From assembly GCF_018350175.1 (NCBI RefSeq), contig NC_058368.1:96288001-96352000 (forward strand): a stretch of DNA of 64,000 nucleotides, given 5' to 3'. The translations under genes and the position numbers were made by a program. Source of the DNA: Felis catus. Its lineage: Eukaryota. A model generated the notes under the pieces. It was given only the letters and a program-made list of their open reading frames with translations, was not told the DNA's origin and did no database searches. How positions within the stretch are numbered: position 1 is the stretch's first letter; the number at the start of each line of letters is the position of its first letter. Positions 62,930 through 64,000 of this stretch are shown here, piece by piece.

Positions 62930-63480
62930 GCTTTTCTATTATTTTTAATTTTAAGAATTTTCTAACTGATAAAAGTTACAGTTGTAGCTAAGGCTCCACT
63001 CCGTACCATTTGCCCCTTTTTGCCAGGTGGTACTCACTTCCCTCAAGTTGCTCTCTAAAGTTTCCATATATATTTTTATATTTTTTGAGTTAATGTTTAT
63101 ACTCATAAATAAGATATTCTATAATGTTGTAACCTTTTACAACTTGATTCTTTATTTTACATTATGGCAGTTATTTCTGTGTAATAAAGCCATTTTTATA
63201 TCTATGTAACATTTCACCAGTGAATAAACCAGAGTTATCCATTCACCTATTAGTAAAAATTAAGCTGCTTCTAATATATCCATGCTACAATGAACACTGT
63301 TATTCCTGGAGGTTTAAATTAAGCTGAGTAAAACTATGAAGTGCAGTCTTTAACTTTACTAAGAATTTCAAATTATTGTCCAGAGAAGTTACACTAATTT
63401 TACTTGAAATGACAATATGCAAGTGTTCTCATTTCTCAAAACCTTGTCAATATTTTGCATTGTAAAACACTTTGTTGTTC
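62930..63480 (-). mobile_element. Ancient L1ME-like 3' fragment
   Basis: TTATCCATTCACCTATT...GTCCAGAGAAGTTACACTAATTTTAC...AGTGTTCTCATTTCTC, degenerate L1 ORF2 end/3' UTR. Confidence 0.6.
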
Positions 63481-63829
63481 AATGACGAAGGGGTAATGGT
63501 GTGTTTCCATAGCACTGAATCAGAGACAGTCCTACAACTTGTAGTTACAAAAAAGGGGGGAGGGTAAGATGCGAAGGGGAACTTCTGCATGGCTTAAACA
63601 TCCAAGTTCAAAACTGTGGCTTTAATTAAAAAAAAAAAAGAAAAAGTAGGATTATTAGGCCATCATCCATGGATGCAGAAGGTTCCTATTTTTGCATTTA
63701 TGATACAACATACTACTTTAAGTGCTCTGGAAATCCTAATGAGTGTGAATAGATATTTATTTTTATAGTATGAATATTTATGACTGGAAACTTACAGCAT
63801 TACCAACTAGTGGGAGAAAGTGGACTATC

Positions 63830-64000
63830 TTTTTTTTTTTTTTTTTTTTTTCAACGTTTATTTATTTTTGGGACAGAGAGAGAGCATGAACGGGGGAGGG
63901 GCAGAGAGAGAGGGAGACACAGAATCAGAAACAGGCTCCAGGCTCCGAGCCATCAGCCCAGAGCCTGACGCGGGGCTCGAACTCACGGACCGCGAGATTA
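63830..64000 (-). mobile_element. Young Can-SINE (cut by window end)
   Basis: Long uninterrupted poly(T), CpG-rich near-consensus body. Confidence 0.96.

Noticed and set aside
3157..64000. Recurrent ORFs with GAWVAQSV...AQVMIS and tRNA-like A/B boxes
   Set aside because: Translations of tRNA-derived Can-SINEs, not genes or functional tRNAs

Overview
AT-rich mammalian genomic DNA. The tRNA-derived Can-SINEs and young L1 3' ends are of felid type, so this is most likely cat or a close relative. About 60% of the window is decayed LINE-1: several near-full-length carnivore/L1MA-like copies, some nested, plus about 22 Can-SINEs, solo LTRs, MIR/L2 relics and microsatellites. No intact protein-coding gene is supported, and nearly all listed ORFs are SINE/L1 shadows. 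Notable non-routine items: (1) a mitochondrial ND2 fragment (NUMT) that replaced about 1 kb of an L1, itself nested in another L1; (2) a heavily decayed, apparently single-exon LRRNT-LRR-LRRCT-Ig (LIG-type) gene relic at about 61.07-62.19 kb on +, not visible as an ORF; (3) a short L1 3' transduction; (4) a SINE-associated template-switch duplication; (5) three palindromic patchwork insertions resembling templated end-joining scars; (6) a sharp L1 strand-polarity switch at about 30.4-31 kb; (7) weak candidate micro-exons on the - strand and a CpG-retaining patch at about 36.5 kb. Repeat subfamily names come from recalled consensus features, not a database search, and repeat boundaries are approximate.
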